From assembly GCA_037130135.1 (NCBI GenBank), contig JBAXTO010000001.1, positions 675,061 to 739,060 on the forward strand: 64,000 bases of DNA, given 5' to 3'. This DNA comes from Bacteroidota bacterium. GTDB lineage: Bacteria; Bacteroidota; Bacteroidia; Chitinophagales; CAMDFR01. Position 1 is the stretch's first letter; each line of letters opens with the position of its first letter. Below are positions 27,861-36,867 of this stretch, one piece after another. Under the pieces are notes generated by a model. The model was not told the DNA's origin. It did no database searches and worked only from the letters and a program-made list of their open reading frames with translations. Position numbers and translations under genes: made by a program.

Positions 27861-29888
27861 CTACTTCACTGCTTTAAAAATACTCGTACCCGAACTAGAA
27901 ATAATTTTAATGATATAAATACCTGGAACAAACATTTTGGTATCTATCATACTATTATTATTAGTTATAATTTGACGATGAATCAATATAGCATTATTTG
28001 TATATATTTCTACCATATCATTGAGCTGAGCATTTGTAATAATTAAATGATTGCTAAATGGACTAGGATATACTTGAACTTTTTGACTTAGAGCTTCTGT
28101 AATACCTACAGAAACGCCATATGCAACCGTTGCTGATTGAGAGCTACAACCATTGATATCAGTGGTAATGACATAAAAGTTTCCTGAACTAACCGAAGGA
28201 GTAAAACCTCTAGAGCTACTCACTAACGTATTTGTTTCATCATACCATTGGTAGGTTACAAACCCTGTATCTGCAGCAAGAGAATCTATATGAAATAATA
28301 TAGTTGGAATAGCTGGTATTAATTTTTGTACGATAACTGTATCCGTAAATGCATGACAACCGTTGCTATCGGTAGTAACCACATATACTGCAGCAGATTC
28401 AGTAGCTGTATAATTATCAGTAGTTGTGCTATCGAACCAAACGTAGGTATTAAACAAAGGACTTACCGTAAACACAGCAGAATCACCGGGACAAATAAAT
28501 ACGGAATCGCTTGGTGTTAAAAATGGATGAATGGGGCTATGGTTTACAAGAGATAAAGTATCTGAAAAACCAATACATCCAAAACTATCAATACTACGTA
28601 CAAAATAATTGCCTACCGTAGATACGATAATATCTGTTCCTGTATCACTCGTATTCCAAGTATAATTAGTCAAGCTAGTGCCAGTTGCATGCACTAAAAT
28701 ACTCACTGCTGTATCACAAATATTGATAGTACCAGTTGGTGTTAATGAAGCTCTTCCAGCCACTCTATTGCTGATAGAAATACTATTAGAAGTATCTTTA
28801 CAACCCATATAATCTGTAACCACTAAGAAATAATTCCCTGCATTTTTCAACGATATTAAAGAATCTGTTTTACCATTATTCCATGCATAACTAGTAAAGG
28901 ATGAAGTACTATAAGCACGTAATGAATCTTCTTTACATTTTATAGTGGCATCACTTGTAATACTTGCTACAGGGAGAGCATATGAACAGGCTTGAGAATA
29001 AGTAATACGAGTGTCCGTTGTCAATAAATTTTGAAAACTCGTATAGGCATTACAATTACCTCTCAAATAAAAATCGAACCATTTATATAAATAATCAAAT
29101 ACGATTGGTTGTTGTTGAGCTCTGGTTAAGATAGTGGAAGTTCCTCTACAAGATCCTTCCCCGAAATCGCAGGTAAAACTTGAATTGGAATACTGACAAT
29201 GTCCGCCATTATTAATAACAATTTTAGTTTTGCAACTAGAAGCCAAAGCATTATACATCAGTGTTTGATTGGTCGCTTGAGGAGCCACACAATCATTTTG
29301 TCCGGCAAATACTAAAGATGGAACAGTGATAGCAGCGCAGGCAGTAACCGCACTAGGAGTAGTTTCTGCAGCACTAAAAGTAACGGTGGTAGTGACATTA
29401 CTATTCCCATTGGCTCCTAAATAAGTAGCACCACCACCCATTGAATGACCTATGATGGCTGACTTGTTTCGTACTTTACCATAGAATCTAGAACTAGGAA
29501 CGGTATTTACTTGTTGCATATAATTCACTAGAAAAGATAAATCACCTCCAAAATTACCATGACTCACTCCGATAATACCCGTTTCAGTATTGGGAATTAA
29601 AACAATATAGCCTTTTGGTACTAATGAATCTCTAAAATTAGTGAAAGCGGCATAATCCATAGAAAATCCATGAGCTACCACCACCACTGGAAAGCCTCCG
29701 GCAGGTGGAATAGCCAAAGCTACGCCTGTACCTGTAAGATTAGATGGGTAATACATATACACTTGTATACTTCTACTTGAACGTGAAACATCAATTAAAG
29801 TAGTATCACGCGTGCCGATTAGATACTGAGCTTTTAATTCAAAAAAAGATAAACAAAGTAAAAGGCTTAAGTAGAATATTTTTTTCAT
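27861..29888 (-). CDS. T9SS-secreted alpha/beta hydrolase (dienelactone hydrolase/cutinase/PETase-like), 4 Ig-like repeats and a type-A CTD
   Basis: 675 aa with a signal peptide. Triad candidates are GHS149MGG, AGQND199CVAP and NNGGH230C. Four ~70-aa repeats follow (..Y.W......G.Y.V...D..GC..). The C-terminal sorting-domain pattern is VYPSPFSNHLII...GIYIIKIISSSGTSIFKAVK. Confidence 0.75.
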   Translation of the reverse strand: MKKIFYLSLLLCLSFFELKAQYLIGTRDTTLIDVSRSSRSIQVYMYYPSNLTGTGVALAIPPAGGFPVVVVAHGFSMDYAAFTNFRDSLVPKGYIVLIPNTETGIIGVSHGNFGGDLSFLVNYMQQVNTVPSSRFYGKVRNKSAIIGHSMGGGATYLGANGNSNVTTTVTFSAAETTPSAVTACAAITVPSLVFAGQNDCVAPQATNQTLMYNALASSCKTKIVINNGGHCQYSNSSFTCDFGEGSCRGTSTILTRAQQQPIVFDYLYKWFDFYLRGNCNAYTSFQNLLTTDTRITYSQACSYALPVASITSDATIKCKEDSLRAYSTSSFTSYAWNNGKTDSLISLKNAGNYFLVVTDYMGCKDTSNSISISNRVAGRASLTPTGTINICDTAVSILVHATGTSLTNYTWNTSDTGTDIIVSTVGNYFVRSIDSFGCIGFSDTLSLVNHSPIHPFLTPSDSVFICPGDSAVFTVSPLFNTYVWFDSTTTDNYTATESAAVYVVTTDSNGCHAFTDTVIVQKLIPAIPTILFHIDSLAADTGFVTYQWYDETNTLVSSSRGFTPSVSSGNFYVITTDINGCSSQSATVAYGVSVGITEALSQKVQVYPSPFSNHLIITNAQLNDMVEIYTNNAILIHRQIITNNNSMIDTKMFVPGIYIIKIISSSGTSIFKAVK

Positions 29889-29934
29889 TATAATTTTATG
29901 TCTAGTAAATATAATACGAATTAAATAGAAAATA

Positions 29935-29942
29935 TATATTTG
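29935..29942 (+). promoter_or_regulatory. candidate -7 promoter element (TATATTTG)
   Basis: Matches TAnnTTTG, 19 nt upstream of the ATG at 29962. Confidence 0.3.
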
Positions 29943-29961
29943 TATTCTTCTTACAAATTAT

Positions 29962-31257
29962 ATGATGACAAAACAAATATCCAATTGGAGTGCTTCGGTA
30001 CTTTTTAGCCCCCAAGAAATGCTCTATCCTACAACAGAACAAGAGATATTGGATATTGTTCAAAAAGCTATACAAAATAAAAAAACAATACGAGTAGTTG
30101 GCTCTGCTCATTCCTTTACGCCATTAATAGAAACCAACCATATACTTATAAGCCTAGATCATTATACAGGTATAATTGAAGTGAATAAAGAACGGATGCT
30201 TGTGGTGGTGAAAGCCGGTACTAAAATTAAAGCATTTGGTGAATTAGCTTTTGCACATGGAGTAGCGCAAGAAAACTTAGGCGATATTGATGTGCAAGCA
30301 TTGGCAGGGGCTATCAGTACTGGAACTCATGGAACAGGATTAGCTTTTGGAAATGTTTCCTCTCAATTATTTGCGATTAAATTTATTAATGGGAAAGGTG
30401 AAATTATCTATTGCTCAGAAGAAGAAAATCCTACTTTATTTAAAGCTTGTCAAGTATCATTAGGATCTATGGGAGTAATTATCGAATTGACTTTTAAAGT
30501 ACTGCCTTCATATAAGCTAGAATTCATCAGCAAAAACGAACCTATCGAAGAAGTATTTAATCAACTAGATAAACACAATCAGACGACACGTAATTTTGAA
30601 TTTTATTGGTTTCCTTATACTTCCAGAGCACAAACAAAATATAGTCAGGTAAGTACGAAAGAGATTGTAGAAAACAAGCTAGGTGCTTGGATGGACAATG
30701 TATTAGAGAATGATTTATTCAATGCCATATCTTATCCAACTTTATATTTCCCATCGTGGAGTAAGTATGTTGCCAAAATATCAGGCGCATTAGCAGGCAC
30801 CTCCGCTAAAGTTAATTGGAGCCATCGAGTGTATGCACTTCCTCGAAATGTGTTATTTAATGAAATGGAATATTGTGTGCCTATTGAAGATTATATTACA
30901 GTTAAAAAAGAGATTATACGTGTATTTAATCAAAAGAAATTTCAAGTACATTTCCCCACCGAAAATCGTTTTGTAAAAGCCGATGAGATATGGATTAGTC
31001 CATCTTATAAACGAACCAGCGCTTATATATCTTTTCACGTATATAAAGGCAAAGCCTATCAAGATTATTTCAAAACGATGGAAGAAATATGTAGTCATTA
31101 TGGAGGTAGACCGCATTGGGGAAAAATGCATACTAAAGTAGCGAAAGACTTATCCTTATTATATGAAAAATGGGATGATTTTTTACAGATTAGAAAACAA
31201 CAAGATCCAGATAATCTTTTTGCAAGTGATTATATCAAACGAATTTTTGGATTGTAA
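29962..31257 (+). CDS. FAD-binding D-arabinono-1,4-lactone/L-gulonolactone oxidase-like oxidoreductase
   Basis: 431 aa with an FAD_binding_4 N-terminus (VVGSAHSF) and an ALO C-terminus (YGGRPHWGKMH). Confidence 0.8.
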   Translation: MMTKQISNWSASVLFSPQEMLYPTTEQEILDIVQKAIQNKKTIRVVGSAHSFTPLIETNHILISLDHYTGIIEVNKERMLVVVKAGTKIKAFGELAFAHGVAQENLGDIDVQALAGAISTGTHGTGLAFGNVSSQLFAIKFINGKGEIIYCSEEENPTLFKACQVSLGSMGVIIELTFKVLPSYKLEFISKNEPIEEVFNQLDKHNQTTRNFEFYWFPYTSRAQTKYSQVSTKEIVENKLGAWMDNVLENDLFNAISYPTLYFPSWSKYVAKISGALAGTSAKVNWSHRVYALPRNVLFNEMEYCVPIEDYITVKKEIIRVFNQKKFQVHFPTENRFVKADEIWISPSYKRTSAYISFHVYKGKAYQDYFKTMEEICSHYGGRPHWGKMHTKVAKDLSLLYEKWDDFLQIRKQQDPDNLFASDYIKRIFGL

Positions 31258-31282
31258 TAAAGAGCATTAACTATGCAATCAT

Positions 31283-32032
31283 TTACATCAATACGGCTAC
31301 TGAATCACGTTCAATAGGTGATACATTATACCCCATTTTTTTCAAATAGACTTCACAGGCTTTCATATCCTCTACAGATAGTCTTTCCGATTCAAATGAA
31401 ATTAAGGCAGGTTTCATTTTATCAAATGGAAACATTTTAATGATTTCAAAATCGAAACCTTCTGTATCAATTTGTAACAAATCAATTTTTGATAATGCTG
31501 AAGATGTAAAAATATGATCGAATGTAACACAATCAACCTCTTGTGTGGCAATATAGGCATCCGTTGAGGCAGGTGCTTTTTCATTGTATTTTCGTATACA
31601 TTTAACAACATAACCATCTGTAATTTTCCCTTCAATGGAAGATCGGACAAAGCTAGCTAAACCTGTTGCCCAACGTGCAGCGGAGAAAGAAATAACATAT
31701 AATTTTTCAGTGGCATTTTGTTTGCCTATGGCTTGATTATATAATTTAATTTTAGAATAATTTTTATAAAGAGGTTTTAAATACGTATCAAATACTAATT
31801 TTTGTGGCTCTATTAATACTCCTTGCCATTGTCCTTTACGAATCAGTTTACAGATAGGATCATTGATGAGTCCATCATTTGCCCCTATTTGAAGCACCGT
31901 AAAATCTTTTTTATCTTTAGAAAAATGATACAAGAAAGCTTCTAATGTATTCTTTTTAGGTTTCCAAAAATGATTTAGATATAGATACAATAGGAAATTA
32001 TCAGAGCTATAAAGCGCTCTAATAAAAGACAA
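31283..32032 (-). CDS. FkbM-family methyltransferase
   Basis: 249 aa with the LQIGANDG ... LLQIDTEGFDFEI pattern. Confidence 0.75.
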   Translation of the reverse strand: MSFIRALYSSDNFLLYLYLNHFWKPKKNTLEAFLYHFSKDKKDFTVLQIGANDGLINDPICKLIRKGQWQGVLIEPQKLVFDTYLKPLYKNYSKIKLYNQAIGKQNATEKLYVISFSAARWATGLASFVRSSIEGKITDGYVVKCIRKYNEKAPASTDAYIATQEVDCVTFDHIFTSSALSKIDLLQIDTEGFDFEIIKMFPFDKMKPALISFESERLSVEDMKACEVYLKKMGYNVSPIERDSVAVLM

Positions 32033-32070
32033 TTTGAAGTTTCTAAAAAATGTTTTAATAAGTTTATTAT

Positions 32071-33855
32071 TTATTCAATGATTAAATCGTATGGCATTCT
32101 TGTTTGAATATTATGTGTTCCTATCATAGATTTTACAGATAAAAATTGTAAATAGATTTGAGCATATTCTTTACCAAATTTAGTTTCTATCATTTTTACT
32201 TCATTTTTCTCTTCCATATTTTCCAATAACTTATCAATTAACTCTTTGTCTTGCGGATAATTCACCACATTAGGTTTTTTGATATTTGCTTTTTTTGCAG
32301 CGTATGCAATAGCGTCATCTAAACTACCAATCTCATCTACTAATCCGATTTTAATGGCTTGAACACCGCTCCAAACTCTTCCTTCCGCTTTATCTTCTAT
32401 TTGCGCAAAGGTTTGTTTTCTTCCATTCGCTACACGCGTTAAGAAGGTTTCATAGGTACTATCAATACTATTTTGAATATATCTAGATTCGAAATCATCC
32501 AATGGTTTCACTCCAATATTTTGAACACCATGTTTGGTGATACGCACTTCATCAGTGGTAACACCTAATTTTTCATTCAATAATTTTTGACCATTCGGAA
32601 TCAATCCAAATACTCCAATAGAACCAGTAATCGTATTCGGTTGTGCAAAGATTCTATCTGAATTACAAGCCATATAGTATCCACCAGAAGCAGCAACATC
32701 ACCAAATGAAACAATCACTGGTTTTACCGCTTTTGTCAAGGAAATTTCTCTCCACATAATTTCACTCGCTAAGGCACTACCCCCTCCACTATTAATACGA
32801 ATGACGATTGCTTTTACATTTTTATTCTCACGTAATTTTTTAAATATTTTCGCATAATTATCCCCTCCAATATTTTTTTCATCCCCTAGTCCATCTACTA
32901 TATTTCCTTGAGCAAAAACAATGGCAATTTTATCTGCACCTCCTTCTTTTTTTAGAGAAGTGATATAATCTTTTAAAGGTGTAAAAGATACTTTATCATT
33001 TTTAGAAAGATTTAATTTTGTTGCCAACTCCCCTAATACTTGATCATAGTATTTTACATCTGTGATAATTCCATATTTTTTAGCTTGAGCAGGATTTTGA
33101 ATCATCGCACTATCGATATAAATATTTAAAGTAGCTCTATCAATTTTACGTGCAGTGCTTACTTCATCCAAAAAATGATTATAAATATCCGTTAATAATT
33201 CAGTGATTTGTTGACGATTGGCTTCACTCATATCGGTACGTACTAAAGGATCAAATGCACTTTTAAATTTACCTCTATGGAATGCTTGTACTTCGATACC
33301 TAATTTATCTAATAAGCCTTTTAAATAATATTGTTTAGTACCAAAGCCCATCAATTCAATAAATCCTTTTGGATTTAAATAGATTTTGTCAGCTACACTT
33401 GCCAGATAATACCCTTTTTGAGAATACATATCACCATAACTATAAATAAATTTACCTGATTTTTTAAAATCGATTAGGGCATCACGAATAGCTTCTGTGG
33501 TAGCCATTCCATTAGCATAAGCACCTTCTTTGATATAAATACCTTTGATTTTATCATCTGATTTTGCTTGTTGAATAGAGGCAATAATATCATTTAAACC
33601 AATTTGTTTATCGCCTAAAGCATTCAAATCCATATAATCAATTCCTTGAGTAGTTGTTTTTTCAGGAATGCTATAATTCAAGTCTAAATAGAGGATGGAA
33701 TTAGAGGCAATATCAGCCTTTTTTTCAGCACCTGCCATAGAAGCAAATATGAATATGATTCCAAAAAATGCAACTATAAAAAGGCTAATACCGATAAAAA
33801 CGGCTAAGATGGTTTTTAAAAAGTTTTTCATATGGATGAAATTTAATTCGAACAA
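32071..33855 (-). CDS. sppA: signal peptide peptidase SppA, 67K type
   Basis: 594 aa with two ClpP-like halves and an AASGGYY motif. The probable start is Met9 (coordinate 33831). Confidence 0.9.
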   Translation of the reverse strand: MFELNFIHMKNFLKTILAVFIGISLFIVAFFGIIFIFASMAGAEKKADIASNSILYLDLNYSIPEKTTTQGIDYMDLNALGDKQIGLNDIIASIQQAKSDDKIKGIYIKEGAYANGMATTEAIRDALIDFKKSGKFIYSYGDMYSQKGYYLASVADKIYLNPKGFIELMGFGTKQYYLKGLLDKLGIEVQAFHRGKFKSAFDPLVRTDMSEANRQQITELLTDIYNHFLDEVSTARKIDRATLNIYIDSAMIQNPAQAKKYGIITDVKYYDQVLGELATKLNLSKNDKVSFTPLKDYITSLKKEGGADKIAIVFAQGNIVDGLGDEKNIGGDNYAKIFKKLRENKNVKAIVIRINSGGGSALASEIMWREISLTKAVKPVIVSFGDVAASGGYYMACNSDRIFAQPNTITGSIGVFGLIPNGQKLLNEKLGVTTDEVRITKHGVQNIGVKPLDDFESRYIQNSIDSTYETFLTRVANGRKQTFAQIEDKAEGRVWSGVQAIKIGLVDEIGSLDDAIAYAAKKANIKKPNVVNYPQDKELIDKLLENMEEKNEVKMIETKFGKEYAQIYLQFLSVKSMIGTHNIQTRMPYDLIIE

Positions 33856-33867
33856 AGTTAATTCATT

Positions 33868-33875
33868 TACATTTG
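33868..33875 (+). promoter_or_regulatory. candidate -7 promoter element (TACATTTG) upstream of folK
   Basis: Matches TAnnTTTG, 10 nt upstream of the ATG at 33886. Confidence 0.3.
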
Positions 33876-33885
33876 AGTTGAATTA

Positions 33886-34359
33886 ATGAAATCAAATATT
33901 AACATTTGTTTTTTGGGATTAGGATCCAATATGGGTGATTTAGCTCTGAATTTGAGTGTTGCGTGTCAGCATATAGAAAAATGGATTGGACCCATTACAA
34001 ATAGCTCTAGTTGCATAGAAACAAAAGCTTGGGGTATAGAAGCTCAAAATGATTTTCTAAACCAGGTCATCGTCATTGAAACTAGCTATACGGCTTTTGA
34101 AGTATTAGCTAAAATTCAAGAGATAGAGCACGAAATGGGCAGAGAGCGAATTATAAAATGGGGACCAAGATTAATTGATATCGATATATTATTTTTTAAT
34201 GATGAAATTTGGGAAGCACCTGATTTAGTAGTCCCGCATCCATATATGGCTCAAAGAGCATTTATATTAAATTCATTGGTTGAGATAGCCCCCAATAAAA
34301 TACATCCGATATTGCATAAGAGTATGAAAACTTTATTAGAGGAGCTTACCGCTCAATAG
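33886..34359 (+). CDS. folK: 2-amino-4-hydroxy-6-hydroxymethyldihydropteridine diphosphokinase
   Basis: 157 aa with LGSNMGD, PRLIDIDILFF and HPYMAQRAFIL motifs. Its 3' end overlaps the convergent mgtE by 24 nt. Confidence 0.9.
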   Translation: MKSNINICFLGLGSNMGDLALNLSVACQHIEKWIGPITNSSSCIETKAWGIEAQNDFLNQVIVIETSYTAFEVLAKIQEIEHEMGRERIIKWGPRLIDIDILFFNDEIWEAPDLVVPHPYMAQRAFILNSLVEIAPNKIHPILHKSMKTLLEELTAQ

Positions 34360-35664
34360 TACAGAAGCTATCGTAAAATAGATAATTAAACCTGTTACAT
34401 CCACCATAGTTGCCACAAAAGGCGCAGAAGAAGTGGCAGGATCGAGTCCAAATCTTCGCAAAACAAATGGAATCATAGAACCGCTGATGGTGCCCCACAT
34501 AACAATACCAACTAGAGAAAGGCCAACGGTTAATCCAACAAAAAACCAATGTTCGGTATAGTCGAAAAGACCAATTTTTTGCCAAATGAGGATACGAATA
34601 AATCCAAAAGTACCTAGAATTAAACCTAAAGAAAGACCTGATATAATTTCTTTTCGTAAAACAATCCACCAATCACTAAGTCCAATTTCTTTAAGAGCCA
34701 TAGCACGGATGATAAGCGTTGCAGCTTGTGAACCAGAATTCCCTCCACTTGAAATGATTAAAGGAACAAATAAGGCTAATACGATAGCTTTATCGAGTTC
34801 CAATTGAAAATAAGACATCACGCTAGCTGTAAGCAATTCACTAAAGAAAAGAATCACTAACCAACCTGCTCTTTTTTTAATCAATTCAAAAGTTGAAGTT
34901 TCGGTATACGATTGTTCAAGAGCTTCCAATCCCCCAAATTTCTGAATATCTTCCGTATCTCTTTCTTCAATGGTATCGAGAATATCATCGATGGTAACAA
35001 TCCCTAATAATACCCCACTTTCAGTAGTTACAGGTAATGCCTCTCTATCGTATTTTTCGAAGAGTTGAATAGCATCTTCTTTACTCATGGTAGTTTTAAG
35101 ACTAACGAAATCGTAGTCCATTAGTTTCTCCACTTTGATATCATTATCTGCGAGTAGAAATTTTCCAATTTTAATATCATCGATGAGCTTGAGGTCATCA
35201 TCAACCACATAAATAAAATTAAGCGTTTCAGCTTTTTTACCAAATCGTTTAATCGCTTGATAGGTTTGAGTTACCGTCCAATGTTTTTTCACTTGAATAT
35301 AATACGGAGTCATCATCCTACCTACGCTATCTTCTTGATAACCGATAAGTGAAAGAGCTGTTTTACGTTCTTCTTCAGTCAAAAAATTGATAGCATCTTT
35401 GATGATATAATCGGGCATATCTTCAAACACTTCGGTTCTATCATCCGGACTCATATTTTTTAGGATACCAGCAATTTCTTTAGAGCCGAGTTGTTTTAAA
35501 ATATTCTCTTGAATAGGACGTTCGAAGTAGGCAAACACCTCCCCTTCCAGGTCGCCTGGCAATAGGAAAAAAGCTACTATCTGCTCTTGTTCATTAAGCG
35601 CAGCAATAGTTTCAGCGATATCGCTGGGATGCTTATTTAATAATTCTTCTCTATTGATATGCAT
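34336..35664 (-). CDS. mgtE: magnesium transporter MgtE
   Basis: 442 aa with MgtE_N, tandem CBS domains and a C-terminal 5-TM domain containing GNSGSQ. Confidence 0.95.
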   Translation of the reverse strand: MHINREELLNKHPSDIAETIAALNEQEQIVAFFLLPGDLEGEVFAYFERPIQENILKQLGSKEIAGILKNMSPDDRTEVFEDMPDYIIKDAINFLTEEERKTALSLIGYQEDSVGRMMTPYYIQVKKHWTVTQTYQAIKRFGKKAETLNFIYVVDDDLKLIDDIKIGKFLLADNDIKVEKLMDYDFVSLKTTMSKEDAIQLFEKYDREALPVTTESGVLLGIVTIDDILDTIEERDTEDIQKFGGLEALEQSYTETSTFELIKKRAGWLVILFFSELLTASVMSYFQLELDKAIVLALFVPLIISSGGNSGSQAATLIIRAMALKEIGLSDWWIVLRKEIISGLSLGLILGTFGFIRILIWQKIGLFDYTEHWFFVGLTVGLSLVGIVMWGTISGSMIPFVLRRFGLDPATSSAPFVATMVDVTGLIIYFTIASVLLSGKLL

Positions 35665-35776
35665 GAAAAAATATATGCCACAAAGTTAATTATAAAAGCC
35701 TAGATATAAGAACAATTAGTATATTAAATATTTATTAATAATAAAAAAATATATTATTTTTGATTTAACACAAATC

Positions 35777-36850
35777 ATGATTAAAAATAAACTACGCATA
35801 TTCTCATCTACATTATTTATAAAGCAGTTATTTATTATTATAATTATTTCATTTAATTATAACCTTATTGCTCAATCAAGCTTGAAACATCATTTTAAGT
35901 TTAACAATAATGCAATAGATAGCATTGGAGGGATTTTAGGAACAGTTTATGGAGCAACTCTTACAGCAGATGAATTTGGAGTAAATAATAACGCATATGC
36001 ATTTAATGGAATTGATGATTATATAGAAATAACTGACCCTAGTTTAAATTATCCAGAATATACATATTCTATTTGTTTAATGCCAGCTTCAATTCCTGCA
36101 TCGGGAACAAATAAATCATTTTTTGGTATTGGAAATGCATCTGCTGACCAATATTTTTATTTAGCAAATAATCAAGTCATTACAGGAACACCCTTACATA
36201 ATGGATTTGAATGTAGTAGTTATTTTAGTCCATTTGTATATCCTCCTGATTATGTTTCTAGTAGTGTATTACCAAGTATTAACACTTGGTATCATCTTGT
36301 TTATACTAGAGATTTTAATAATTTAAAACTTTATATTAACGGGTCATTAATTGATACCGAGCCTGTAGAGACTCCCGTTGTTAATTATGGCGCACCTAAT
36401 CCAATTCAAGGATTTGTAGGTAGTAGAGATGGGTTTTCTAGTTTTTTCAATGGAAAAATTGAAGACATTAAGATATTTAATAAAGCCCTAAGTGCAAGTG
36501 AAATTTCTAAATTATCTTGTCATGATACAATTACAAAAATAGATACAACAATAACTGATACTACCTTACATTGTAAAATAAAAATCCCTACTGCTTTTTC
36601 TCCTAATGGTGATAATCATAATGACTTTTTCAGAACATTTGTAGATTGTCCACTAGATTATTATAATATAAAAATATATAATAGATGGGGAGAGAATATT
36701 TTTGAGAGCAATGATATTAATGAATTTTGGGATGGGAAATATAAATTTATAGAACAGCCTATGGATGTATTTACATGGCTAATACATTTTAAATTCACAG
36801 ATGAATCAGCCTCTGGTAATGAAAAAGGTAATGTAACATTGATTCGATAA
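35777..36850 (+). CDS. T9SS type-B cargo: LamG (Laminin_G_3) domain protein with a gliding-motility-associated C-terminal domain
   Basis: 357 aa with a signal peptide. LamG pattern: AYAFNGIDDYIEI...LKLYINGSL...FNGKIEDIKIFNKALSASEI. CTD: IPTAFSPNGDNHNDFF...IKIYNRWGENIFESNDINEFWDG...GNVTLIR. Confidence 0.8.
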   Translation: MIKNKLRIFSSTLFIKQLFIIIIISFNYNLIAQSSLKHHFKFNNNAIDSIGGILGTVYGATLTADEFGVNNNAYAFNGIDDYIEITDPSLNYPEYTYSICLMPASIPASGTNKSFFGIGNASADQYFYLANNQVITGTPLHNGFECSSYFSPFVYPPDYVSSSVLPSINTWYHLVYTRDFNNLKLYINGSLIDTEPVETPVVNYGAPNPIQGFVGSRDGFSSFFNGKIEDIKIFNKALSASEISKLSCHDTITKIDTTITDTTLHCKIKIPTAFSPNGDNHNDFFRTFVDCPLDYYNIKIYNRWGENIFESNDINEFWDGKYKFIEQPMDVFTWLIHFKFTDESASGNEKGNVTLIR

Positions 36851-36867
36851 GTATTACTTTATACCTT

